A stretch of DNA of 64,000 nucleotides from contig CAZEOK010000003.1 of the NCBI GenBank assembly GCA_964513745.1, positions 3,150-67,149 of the forward strand, given 5' to 3'. Made by a program: the position numbers and the translations under genes. Shown here in pieces: positions 1 to 13,419 of the stretch. This stretch comes from an uncultured bacterium (lineage in GTDB: Bacteria; JAUVQV01; DATDCY01). The notes under the pieces are model-generated. The model searched no databases. It saw nothing but the letters and a program-made list of their open reading frames with translations, and was not told the origin of the DNA. Numbering within the stretch: position 1 is the stretch's first letter; each line of letters opens with the position of its first letter.

Positions 1-756
1 TACTTCCGCGACCTGGACAATGGCCCCTGGTTCGGTATCCGCGAAGAGGAGCGCTTCACCGGGGCCAGCCTCCTGAAGGTCCCGTCGATCGTGGCCGCAT
101 TGCTTCAGGCGGAGGGATCCCCCGGATTCCTGGCGAGGACGGTGCGATTCGCGGGCTACCCGGATGAGGGTTCGCCCGGCCAGTACCGGCCGGAGCAGCG
201 GCTGGTTCGAGGGCAGTCCTACGCGGTGGATGAATTGCTCCGGCGGGCCGCCGTCTATTCCGACAACGCCGCCGTCGGGGTGCTCAACCTGATCGTCAAA
301 CCCGAGTACATTGCCAGGGTCTACCGTGAGCTCGACTTGCCCCAGCCCCCGACGGACCAGCCGGGGTCGCGGTCGATCTCGCCGCGCGGCTATGGGCACC
401 TTTTCCGCGTTCTCTACAACGCGAGCTACCTGGACCGCATGCTTTCTGAGCGGGCGTTGGGATACTTCGCCCAAAGCACCTTCCGCGCCGGCCTCGAGGC
501 GGGTGTCCCGCCCGGGACAACCGTCGCCCACAAGTTCGGTATCTACACGATCCCGGGGCGCACGCAGACGGCACAGCTGCACGACTGCGGTATCGTCTAC
601 CGTCCGGGGCGGCCCTATTTCCTCTGCGTGATGACCGAGGGAGGCGATACCGACAGGCTGGCCGCAGTCATCAGGCAGATATCCCGTGAGGTTTTTCTCG
701 CCGTCGACAGCCAGTCAGCACCCATGCAGGGCGAGAGTGGGGAGCCAGCACGGTGA
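1..756 (+). CDS. serine hydrolase with class A beta-lactamase fold (5' end outside window)
   Basis: Frame 1 is open from base 1. SxxK (SLLK, 67-78), SDN (259-267) and a KTG-like KFG (532-540) occur in canonical order. Stop TGA at 754-756. Confidence 0.75.
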   Translation, partial: YFRDLDNGPWFGIREEERFTGASLLKVPSIVAALLQAEGSPGFLARTVRFAGYPDEGSPGQYRPEQRLVRGQSYAVDELLRRAAVYSDNAAVGVLNLIVKPEYIARVYRELDLPQPPTDQPGSRSISPRGYGHLFRVLYNASYLDRMLSERALGYFAQSTFRAGLEAGVPPGTTVAHKFGIYTIPGRTQTAQLHDCGIVYRPGRPYFLCVMTEGGDTDRLAAVIRQISREVFLAVDSQSAPMQGESGEPAR

Positions 757-778
757 CGAACTGATCGTCAGGCAGCTT

Positions 779-1354
779 TCAGCGTTTGTCGGTGGCGCCC
801 TGCCACCTCTCGAAGAAGCAGATCTCCTCGAGCGGCTTGCGTTTCGGCCCTTCCTTCTTCTCCTCGGCCGGGTAGCCGAGCGGGAGGAGGCCGACGACGC
901 GGATATTCTCCGGAATGCCGAGCAGATCGCGCAGCGGCTCCTCCTGGAAGATGCCCACGAAGACCGTCCCAAGCCCCTGGGCGCGCGCAGCGAGCATCAG
1001 GCTCTGGGCGGCGATCCCGGCGTCCGCGAGATAATAGTCCTGCCCGCGGATGGCCCCCGACTGGGCCGGGTCGGCACAGAGCACGATCACGACCGGTGCC
1101 TGCGCGAGAGCCTTCATCGCCGGATTGGCCTTGTAGCCCTTCGGCGCGAAGAAGGATTCGAGATAGGTAAGTTCGCTGATCCCCTGCCTCGTGTCGGCGT
1201 CCTTGACCACGACGATGCGCCAGCACTGCTGGTTCGCCCACGAAGGAGAAGCGCGGACGGCTTCGAGGACCGCGTGGAGCTTTCCCTCCTCGACCGGGCG
1301 TTCCTGATACCGGCGGATGCTGCGGCGTGTCGACAATGCCTCGAAGAATTCCAT
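779..1354 (-). CDS. nitroreductase family protein
   Basis: 191 aa. N-terminal RRSIRRY motif and overall NfnB/FMN-nitroreductase-like sequence ([21 protein letters not shown]). Confidence 0.85.
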   Translation of the reverse strand: MEFFEALSTRRSIRRYQERPVEEGKLHAVLEAVRASPSWANQQCWRIVVVKDADTRQGISELTYLESFFAPKGYKANPAMKALAQAPVVIVLCADPAQSGAIRGQDYYLADAGIAAQSLMLAARAQGLGTVFVGIFQEEPLRDLLGIPENIRVVGLLPLGYPAEEKKEGPKRKPLEEICFFERWQGATDKR

Positions 1355-1420
1355 CGCTGCCTCCTCGGCGTGGGTTCCCCGTCGTTTCTGCGGCCCGCCC
1401 GGGCCGCGTCACGCGGGCAG

Positions 1421-2107
1421 TCAGGTGGATCGGCCGACGCACGCGGCCATGCGCAGAAAATTGCCGAACAGGATGGGGGCGCGGCGGCGCCACCACGGGA
1501 GACGCACCGGCTGAACCCGGCGCAGCTCGACGAAATCCGCGGTGCCGATCGACCACGTTTCGATCATCGCGGCGTCGATCTCGGGATGGAATTGCACGCC
1601 CCAGGACATCGCGAAGCGGAAGGCCTGGTTGCGGCAGGCGTCGGTGGTCGCCAGCAGCTCCGCCCCCGGCGGCAGCGAGAAAGCCTCCTGGTGCCAGTGG
1701 AAAACACGCAACGGCGAAGCGAGGCCGGAGAAGAGCGTGTCGCGCCGGCCGGCCGGCGTGAGCTGCACGCTGGACCAGCCCTGCTCGGCGACCGGGGCGG
1801 CCTGCACCGAGCCGCCGAGCGATCGCGCGAGGATGCGGGCACCGAGGCTGATGCCGAGCACGGGAACGCCGGCGACGACCGCGCTTCTGAGAAATGAGGC
1901 CTCGTCACGCAGGAAGGGGAACTGTCGCTCCTCCCCGGCGCTCATCGCCCCGCCGAGGGACACGATGGCCTTGAAGCGCCGGACATCGTTCGGGAAAGGG
2001 TCACCCAGGTGCAGCCGCAGCGTGCGGTGGGCCAGGGAGCGCCTCACGAGCAGGGTGCGCAGAGCCCCGGCCGGGAACAGCGGATCGTGAGCGATCAGCA
2101 GAATCAT
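1421..2107 (-). CDS. class I glutamine amidotransferase-like protein (nucleophile Cys replaced by Ser)
   Basis: MILLIAHDP start at 2107. GATase1 pattern PVLGISLGARILA ... VFHWH ... QFHPE. The 32 upstream codons of the track ORF look non-coding. Confidence 0.8.
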   Translation of the reverse strand: MILLIAHDPLFPAGALRTLLVRRSLAHRTLRLHLGDPFPNDVRRFKAIVSLGGAMSAGEERQFPFLRDEASFLRSAVVAGVPVLGISLGARILARSLGGSVQAAPVAEQGWSSVQLTPAGRRDTLFSGLASPLRVFHWHQEAFSLPPGAELLATTDACRNQAFRFAMSWGVQFHPEIDAAMIETWSIGTADFVELRRVQPVRLPWWRRRAPILFGNFLRMAACVGRST

Positions 2108-2284
2108 GTTACAAGCATACAACAATACCTGATCAGGACTGTTCTCATTGAGAAGATGGGGTTGCTCAATTACGCCCGGCCGCAGAGAAGGGTCCAGATG
2201 CAAGGCGGACGACGATCCGGTGACTGAGGCGGGCTGGCGCCCGCCGCAGGGAGACGGGAGGAGTTCAACGCCGCAGATGGGCCG

Positions 2285-3850
<1,566 letters not shown>

Positions 3851-4226
3851 GTTCCTCCCTCAGCCGATCATGACGCCAATAGAAGGCAGCCGTTGAAGTA
3901 TCCTACTGAATTGTATGGACAGGTGAAGGTTCCGTCAAATCCCCGCAGAGGCGCGGCTTCGTTGCCGCCGCGCACCCCCAGCAGCCGCGCCGCCCGGCCG
4001 GGTGCAAGCGAGACCTCGACCGCCGCGAGCCGCAGCGTTTCGCTCCAGCAGCGCCCAGAGTGAATCAGGTTCGGTCGTCATCAGCCTTTCGTGGTGCCTG
4101 GCGTTTCCCCGCCGATTATATCGGCTATCGGTGTGACAGGCAGCTCTTTGTCGCAAGAGATGAGCCTTTTTCAAACACCTGGCGTCTCTGGCGGACGAGA
4201 CCCGCCTGGCTTAAGATGGGGTGGCC

Positions 4227-5318
4227 ATGATCATCGGTGTCCCGAAGGAAGTGAAGATCGGCGAGAACCGTGTCGGCATCGTGCCGGCGGGCGCGCAGGC
4301 GCTTGTCGACGCGGGTAACCGAGTCATCGTGCAGGCTGGCGCAGGGGAGGGGAGCGGCATCCCCGACGAGGCCTACCGCGCGGCAGGGGCCGGAATCGTC
4401 GCCGACGCCGTCGCCGCATGGGGCGAGGTCGACATGGTCGTGAAGGTCAAGGAGCCGGTCGCCGCCGAGTACGCCCTGCTGCGGCCCGGGCTCGTCCTGT
4501 TCACGTATTTGCACCTTGCGACGACGCGCGAATTGACCATGACGCTGGCTGAAAGGGGGGTCACGGCGATCGCCTACGAGACCGTCGAGGCATCGGACGG
4601 CTCGCTCCCGCTGCTGGCACCGATGAGCGAGGTCGCCGGCAGGCTGGCGACACAGATCGGCGCGACGCTGCTGCAGAAGGATCGCGGCGGGCCGGGTATT
4701 CTCCTCGGCGGCGTCCCGGGTGTTCGCCACGGCCGCGTGACGGTGATCGGCGGCGGTTCGGTGGGGGTGAACGCCGCGCGTGTCGCGGTGGGCATGGGTG
4801 CCGAGGTGAAGCTGATCGACGTCGACCTCAGACGTCTTGCCGTGATCGACGAGCACTTCCAGGGCACGGTCGAGTCGCTGATGTCCAACCGCGCCACCAT
4901 CGAGGAGGCGGCGGTCGCCTCGGATCTGCTCGTCGGCGCAGTGCTCGTCGCGGGAGCGCGCGCCCCGATGCTCGTTTCAGAGGAGACGGTGCGACGGATG
5001 CGGCCCGGCTCCGTGATCGTCGACGTGGCGATCGATCAGGGCGGCTGCGTGGCGACGATCCGGCCGACGACGCATGCCGACCCGATCTATGTCCGCCACG
5101 GGGTGACCCACTACGGCGTAACGAACATGCCCGCGCTCGTGCCGCGCACTTCCACCTATGCGCTGACGAATGCCACGCTTCCCTATGCGCTTTGTCTTGC
5201 CCGTGGTGTCGATGCCGCGCTTGCGGCCGATCCCGGGCTCGCGAAAGGGCTGAGCACGGTCGGGGGGAGCGTGGTGCACCCCGGGGTGGCCGCCACACAC
5301 CGGCTGGCGGCCCGCTGA
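4227..5318 (+). CDS. ald: alanine dehydrogenase
   Basis: MIIGVPKEVKIGENRVGI N-terminus and NAD fold VTVIGGGSVGVNAA. Full-length resemblance to Ald. The ATG at 4221 is an alternative start. Confidence 0.95.
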   Translation: MIIGVPKEVKIGENRVGIVPAGAQALVDAGNRVIVQAGAGEGSGIPDEAYRAAGAGIVADAVAAWGEVDMVVKVKEPVAAEYALLRPGLVLFTYLHLATTRELTMTLAERGVTAIAYETVEASDGSLPLLAPMSEVAGRLATQIGATLLQKDRGGPGILLGGVPGVRHGRVTVIGGGSVGVNAARVAVGMGAEVKLIDVDLRRLAVIDEHFQGTVESLMSNRATIEEAAVASDLLVGAVLVAGARAPMLVSEETVRRMRPGSVIVDVAIDQGGCVATIRPTTHADPIYVRHGVTHYGVTNMPALVPRTSTYALTNATLPYALCLARGVDAALAADPGLAKGLSTVGGSVVHPGVAATHRLAAR

Positions 5319-5334
5319 ACAGGGCCGCCCGCCC

Positions 5335-5811
5335 TCAGCGCGGGCGCTGGTACGTCCCCACCAACTGGGCTTCGGCGAGGACATGGCCCGCCATCGCCGC
5401 GAGGAGCTGCGCCTTCGTCGGCCTGCCCAAGTCTCGAAGCACCCTGTCGAGCGCGTAGAGCTTGTGGAAGTAGCGGTGCCGACCGATCGGTGGGCAGGGG
5501 CCGCCGTAGCCGGTGCGGCCCCAGTCGTTGAGCCCCTCGAGCGTGCCCGCGGGGAGATTCGCCGGGCTGAGCGCCTCGGCGAGGCCTTCGGCTGTGGGCG
5601 GGATGTTGTAGAGGACCCAGTGGACATAAACCCGCTTCGGGGCCTTCGGGTCGGGTGCATCGGGGTCGTCGACGATCACGGCGAGGCTTTTCGTGCCAGC
5701 GGGGATGTCCGTCCACGTCAGGGGCGGCGAGTGGTTTTCGCTGTCGCAGGTGAACGCCTTCGGGATCGCGTCCTGATGGACAAACGAGGGGGATCGCAGT
5801 TCCATGGTCAT
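5335..5811 (-). CDS. YbhB/YbcL family PEBP (Raf kinase inhibitor-like) protein
   Basis: Start MTMELRSP at 5811. Motifs LAVIVDDPDAP, HWVLYNIP and GYGGPCPPIGRHRYFHKLYALD. Confidence 0.85.
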   Translation of the reverse strand: MTMELRSPSFVHQDAIPKAFTCDSENHSPPLTWTDIPAGTKSLAVIVDDPDAPDPKAPKRVYVHWVLYNIPPTAEGLAEALSPANLPAGTLEGLNDWGRTGYGGPCPPIGRHRYFHKLYALDRVLRDLGRPTKAQLLAAMAGHVLAEAQLVGTYQRPR

Positions 5812-6021
5812 GTCTCCTTTTTGCGGCGCGAGGACTCGATGGCTGCGGCGAAGGTTCCGGGTCGGCCAGCGGTGCGCCGCTGCCACTCGCGCTGCCTCCC
5901 AGAGCTTTCTCCCCCGCAAGGCCCGGCATGTCTTGGAATTCATAGCGCGAACCGTCGCCGGGTGTCAACGCCTGCGCATGGCTGCGGGGCGTTCGCGAAG
6001 CGCCATGGTAGGATTGCGGCA

Positions 6022-6852
6022 ATGAACACCATGCGGACGGCGGCGGCAGCGATGGCTCTTGCCGCCAGCCTGCTGCTTGCGGCGCCCGTTCCGGGTGCCG
6101 CGGGCAACCCGTGGACGGCTCTTGCCGCCGGCCTCGACCTGGGCCGGTTCACCCTGGACGGCCCAGGGTTCCCTGGTGCACAGGTGCACGTCCTGCGCAT
6201 CGACCCGCGGCGCTGGGAACTGACGATCCACGGGCTCCCGAGCGGGGAGTCCGTGGGCTACACCGCGCGCGAGTGGTCTCGCCGCGAGGGGCTGGTCGCC
6301 GCAATCAACGCCGGGATGTACCAGGCGGACTACCGGACCCACACGGGGTACATGATCGTCGATGGCCGCGTCCTGAGCCGCGGGAGAAACGGCTATCTCT
6401 CCGCGGCAGCGTTCGGGCCCGTCGACCCGAAGGACCCGCCGTTTCGGGTCTTTGATCTCGACGACGACCCTCTGGCGTCGGTGCTGCCGCGCTATCGCCG
6501 CGTCGTCCAGAACCTGCGGCTGGTCAAGCGCCCCGGGGAGAATCGCTGGTCGCCGCTTGAGCGCCGCTGGAGCGAGGCGGCGCTCGGCGAGGACCGCGAG
6601 GGCCGGGCCCTGTTCATCCTCTGCGCGGCGCCGCTGCCGCTCGATCAGCTCATCGACGCGGTTCTGGCCTTGCCCCTCGGTCTTGTCGCGGCCCAGCATC
6701 TCGAGGGCGGCTCGCAGGCGCAGCTTTTCGTCTCGGCAGCGGGGCAGAGCATCGAGCTTGTCGGTGGACATGAGGGGACTTTCCCGGACCCGGGTCGCCC
6801 GGCCTGGCCGATACCCAACGTGATCGGCGTCCGCCCCCGCCCTTCTCCGTGA
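6022..6852 (+). CDS. secreted phosphodiester glycosidase (DUF2233/NAGPA-like) family protein
   Basis: MNTMRTAAAAMALAASLLLAAPVPGAAG signal peptide. AINAGMY ... DGRVL ... HLEGGSQAQL pattern. The upstream part of the track ORF overlaps the PEBP gene on the opposite strand. Confidence 0.6.
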   Translation: MNTMRTAAAAMALAASLLLAAPVPGAAGNPWTALAAGLDLGRFTLDGPGFPGAQVHVLRIDPRRWELTIHGLPSGESVGYTAREWSRREGLVAAINAGMYQADYRTHTGYMIVDGRVLSRGRNGYLSAAAFGPVDPKDPPFRVFDLDDDPLASVLPRYRRVVQNLRLVKRPGENRWSPLERRWSEAALGEDREGRALFILCAAPLPLDQLIDAVLALPLGLVAAQHLEGGSQAQLFVSAAGQSIELVGGHEGTFPDPGRPAWPIPNVIGVRPRPSP

Positions 6853-6952
6853 CCGCTGCTGAAAAACCGGCCCACGGCCCATAGCGGCAAACGGCGGTGC
6901 GCGGGGCCTCGGCGCCTCGTCCCGGGGTGAAACGGCAGGAAGCCGCCCGCAT

Positions 6953-6982
6953 CATATAAACAAATGCTTATGCGTTTATATG
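6953..6982. promoter_or_regulatory. 9-bp perfect inverted repeat CATATAAAC-N12-GTTTATATG, candidate ArsR/SmtB operator
   Basis: AT-rich palindrome in a GC-rich background, 24 nt upstream of the likely arsR-like start at 7006. Confidence 0.5.
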
Positions 6983-7005
6983 ACAACGGGGAGGGCGATG
7001 CCGTA

Positions 7006-7401
7006 ATGGTTACCTTGGTGAAGTGCCTGCGCGCGCTTGGGGACGAGACCCGTCTGCGCATCTTGATGCTCCTGCGTGAACGGGAGCTCTGCGTCCTCGA
7101 GATCCTCGGTTCGCTCGGCATATCGCAGCCGCTCGCATCGAGCCACCTGGGCGTCCTGCGCGCGGCCGGGCTCGTGACCTCGCGTCGGGAAGGCCGCCGG
7201 ATGCGCTACAGCCTTTCAAAGGAGGCGCGCCGCGGCGGCAAGCACCGGTTGCTGCAGCACGCGGCGGCCGCGATTGCGGGCGAGCCGATCATCGCCGCGG
7301 ATCGCGCCCGCCTTGACGAGTGTGTCGCGTTCCGCGGGGACAACGGCACCTGCGACAAGAGAACTCTCGCAAACTTCCGCTCGAAGAGGAGGGCACCGTG
7401 A
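7006..7401 (+). CDS. ArsR/SmtB family transcriptional regulator
   Basis: LGDETRLRILMLLRERELCVLEILGSLGISQPLASSHLGVLRAAGLV winged-helix signature. An alternative upstream start at 6964 would lie inside the palindrome. Confidence 0.85.
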   Translation: MVTLVKCLRALGDETRLRILMLLRERELCVLEILGSLGISQPLASSHLGVLRAAGLVTSRREGRRMRYSLSKEARRGGKHRLLQHAAAAIAGEPIIAADRARLDECVAFRGDNGTCDKRTLANFRSKRRAP

Positions 7402-8810
7402 TCACGAAGGCACGCCTAACCGCCGTTTCCCCGTCGGTCCTGCTGGCTGCGGCGCTGGTGTCCGCGGCGCCGTCCTTCGCCCTGGAACGGTTGACGCTTG
7501 CCGAGGCCACGACCGAAGCCATGGTCAAGAGCGATCTGTTACGCGCGGAGGACGCGCGCGTCGATGCCGCGGCGGGCGCCGTCGCCGCTGCGCGCGGGAA
7601 CTTGCTGCCAGCGGTCACGTTCGAGGAACGGTTTCTCGCGACGGACAACCCCGCCTACGATTTCTCGATGAAAATCAACCAGGGCAACTTCACCCCATCC
7701 GATCTGCAGGGTGCGCCGGGAACCTTCAACTCCCCGGATGCGATCGTGGACTTTCAAACGAGTCTGACGCTCACGCAGCCAGTCTACTCGCGCCGCGCCG
7801 CCCTTGGCGTGGCGATGGCGCGGGCGGAGGCCGGTGCGGTCGGCCTTGACCGGGACCGGCGCCGCGAGGAGGTCGCGCATCGGGTGCTGCAGGCCTGGCT
7901 CGGATCGCACGCGGCCGAGGCGTACCTCGAGACCGCGATTCGGGCCGAAAAAGACGCGGCCGAGCACCTGAGACTGGCCGGCGTTGCCGAGAGCGTCGGC
8001 ACCGGGCTTGCCTCGGACCGGCTGCGCGCCGAAGTTGCGCTCGCGGAGTCGCGCCGGATGCGGCTGAGTGTCGAGAATGACCTCGAAATCGCCCGCCGCG
8101 GGCTTGGGCTGGCGGTTGGTCGCGAGGAAGCGCTGGCCCCGGCGGAAGGTGAATCCACCCAGGTCGAGCCCAGTCTCGAGTCCTTGCTCGCCGGAGTCGA
8201 TCGCCGTGCCGACCTGCGTGCGTTGGCGGCCAGGGTGGCGAACGCGCGCCGCGCCGCACGGTTGGCTGGGGCGGCCCGGCTCCCCGAAGTGGGTTTCACC
8301 GGATCGCTGCAGGCCAACGATCCGGACGCGCCCCTGGGTACTTCGGGGACCAGCTACTCGCTCGGCATCGGGGTGACCTGGCGTCTCTTCGACGGTAAAC
8401 GCAGCACGGCTGCCGAGGCGCAGGCCGACGCGGGCGCCCGCCAGGCTGAAAGCTATCTTGCCGCGCTGACGAAGGAGGCCCGGTACGGCGTGCGTGAGGC
8501 GTGGTTGCGCTGGCAGGAGGCGCAGGCGGGGATAGCGATCGCCGACCGCGCGCTGGCCGCGGCGGCGGAGGGCGTGCGCCTGGTGCGCGTGCGCTACGAG
8601 AACGGACTGGCGCCGATGGTGACGCTGCTCGATGCACAGAGCGCGCTCAACCGGGCGCGCGCCGACGCCGCCAGGGCACATGCCGGCGTGGCTTCGGCTC
8701 TCGGCGAGTTGCGGTTCCGCGCCGGGGTGCTCACGGCAGGCGAAGCCAGCGTGTTTCGGGCGTCCGCCGTGCAGGGCGATCCTGTTGCGTTCGAACCGCG
8801 GGTGAAGTGA
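7398..8810 (+). CDS. TolC-family outer membrane efflux protein
   Basis: GTG start overlaps the arsR stop (GTGA) and is preceded by GAGGAGGG. Signal peptide present. Two OEP-type repeats with Ala/Arg/Glu-rich coiled-coil character. Confidence 0.85.
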   Translation: MITKARLTAVSPSVLLAAALVSAAPSFALERLTLAEATTEAMVKSDLLRAEDARVDAAAGAVAAARGNLLPAVTFEERFLATDNPAYDFSMKINQGNFTPSDLQGAPGTFNSPDAIVDFQTSLTLTQPVYSRRAALGVAMARAEAGAVGLDRDRRREEVAHRVLQAWLGSHAAEAYLETAIRAEKDAAEHLRLAGVAESVGTGLASDRLRAEVALAESRRMRLSVENDLEIARRGLGLAVGREEALAPAEGESTQVEPSLESLLAGVDRRADLRALAARVANARRAARLAGAARLPEVGFTGSLQANDPDAPLGTSGTSYSLGIGVTWRLFDGKRSTAAEAQADAGARQAESYLAALTKEARYGVREAWLRWQEAQAGIAIADRALAAAAEGVRLVRVRYENGLAPMVTLLDAQSALNRARADAARAHAGVASALGELRFRAGVLTAGEASVFRASAVQGDPVAFEPRVK

Positions 8811-8854
8811 TGAAACATCAGATGCGCGTCTCTGGCGCAGGGAGAGGGAGAACG

Positions 8855-9991
8855 ATGAATAAAAAGTTCGCGGGGGGCGGTCTTGCGGGCGCGGCGGTTC
8901 TCGCGCTCATCATCGGCTGCGGTGACCGGAAGGCGGACCACGCCACGAAGACGCCGCAAGCCGAGCCGGCCGTGGTGACGGGCCTGCAGATTGCCGCGGT
9001 GGCGACCGAGTCCGCTCCGCTCGAGCGCGAGCTGGCCGGCAGCGTGCAGGCGGCGGTGGTGAGCCAGGTTTCCGCGAAGATCATGGCCCAGGCGATCGCC
9101 GTGCCGGTGGCGGCGGGAGACCAGGTGAGAAAGGGGCAGCTGCTCGCGCGGCTCGACGACCGCGAGTTTCAGGCCAAGGTGCGCCAGGCCGAGAGCGGGC
9201 AGCGGCAGGCGGAGGCCGGTCTGAAGCAGGCACAGGCGCAGCGGGATCTTGCCGCAGCGACGCACACCCGGTTCAAGGCGCTTCTCGATGGCAAGGCGGT
9301 GTCGCGTCAGGAGTACGAGCAGGTAGCGGCGCAGGAGGCCGTGGCACAGGCCGCGGTTGCGCAGGCCGAAAGCGCGGTTGCGCAGGCCGTCAGCGCCGTC
9401 GATGAGGCGCGCACCTGGCTGGCTTTCGCCGAGGTCAACGCGCCGTCTGCCGGGCGGGTGATCGCCAGGCAGATCGACGCCGGCTCGATGGCCACCCCGG
9501 GAGCACCGCTGTTCGTTATCGAGCAGGAAGGGCGTTTGCGCCTCGAGCTGCCGGTGGACAGCTCGCTCTCCGGCACCGTCGTTCTGGGGACGCCGCTGGC
9601 GGTGGGCGTCGAGGCGGCGAGATTCGCCGGGACGGTGCCGGTGACCGATGTCGTCGCCGCGGGCGATCCGGTGTCGCGGACCTTCCTCGTGAAAGCCGAC
9701 CTGCCGGCGAGCCCGGGCCTGCGCTCGGGGCAATACGCGCGGGTGCGCCTCGCGCTCGGCACACGTGACGCGGTGACGGTTCCCGAAACGGCCTTCGTGC
9801 GTCGCGGCCAGCTCGACGGCGTCTTCGTGCTCGAAGCCGGCGATCGTCTGGCCTACAGGATCGTGCAGCCGGGCCGCGAGACGGCGCCGGGCCGCCGCGA
9901 GATCCTCTCGGGTCTATCGCCCGGCGAGCGCATCGTTGTCGGCGGTGTCGGGCTTGCCCGCGACGGGGCCCGCGTGGCGAGCGGGCAGTAG
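8855..9991 (+). CDS. efflux RND periplasmic adaptor (MFP) lipoprotein
   Basis: MNKKFAGGGLAGAAVLALIIGC lipobox after a GGGAGA RBS (alternative ATG at 8810). HlyD-like coiled coil and beta-barrel segments. Confidence 0.85.
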   Translation: MNKKFAGGGLAGAAVLALIIGCGDRKADHATKTPQAEPAVVTGLQIAAVATESAPLERELAGSVQAAVVSQVSAKIMAQAIAVPVAAGDQVRKGQLLARLDDREFQAKVRQAESGQRQAEAGLKQAQAQRDLAAATHTRFKALLDGKAVSRQEYEQVAAQEAVAQAAVAQAESAVAQAVSAVDEARTWLAFAEVNAPSAGRVIARQIDAGSMATPGAPLFVIEQEGRLRLELPVDSSLSGTVVLGTPLAVGVEAARFAGTVPVTDVVAAGDPVSRTFLVKADLPASPGLRSGQYARVRLALGTRDAVTVPETAFVRRGQLDGVFVLEAGDRLAYRIVQPGRETAPGRREILSGLSPGERIVVGGVGLARDGARVASGQ

Positions 9992-10003
9992 GGGGATGCG
10001 GCC

Positions 10004-13252
<3,249 letters not shown>

Positions 13253-13419
13253 CGTTTCGGGCAGCCGCGGAGCCGGCGGGCGCATGCCCGCCGCGCCGCG
13301 GAACCGGCTCCTCACCCGTGGCGGGCTTTGGGGTTGCGCAATAGCCGGACATTGCACACACTAAGCGCCGTGAAATTGTTCCCAGGCCACGTGCCGCCGG
13401 CGGATAACGGCACGTCTCC

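Noticed and set aside
4090-4170. Possible sigma-54 (-24/-12) promoter upstream of ald.
   Set aside because: The candidate GG...GC pairs (for example acaGGcagctctttgtcGCaag and cctGGCgtttccccGCcg) have the wrong spacing. No TGGCAC-N5-TTGC match is present.
3935-4174. 79-aa minus-strand ORF and other short ORFs inside the activator/ald intergenic region.
   Set aside because: Arg-rich composition, no RBS and no recognisable family.
5383-6021. N-terminal extensions of track ORFs: 5383, 8501, 16216, 18579, 34860, 39912 (+), and 21249, 29512, 44691, 46124, 58797, 60510, 62238 (-).
   Set aside because: The extensions overlap neighbouring well-supported genes and have shadow-ORF composition. Internal starts with RBS, signal peptide or family N-termini fit better, so I trimmed the calls.
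13283-13300. Hairpin GGCGGGC-gcat-GCCCGCC after the RND gene, and a similar GGCGGGC-tggc-GCCCGCC at 2227-2244, as intrinsic terminators.
   Set aside because: GC-rich stems are present but no U-tract follows on the relevant strand. I cannot distinguish them from chance palindromes in high-GC DNA.
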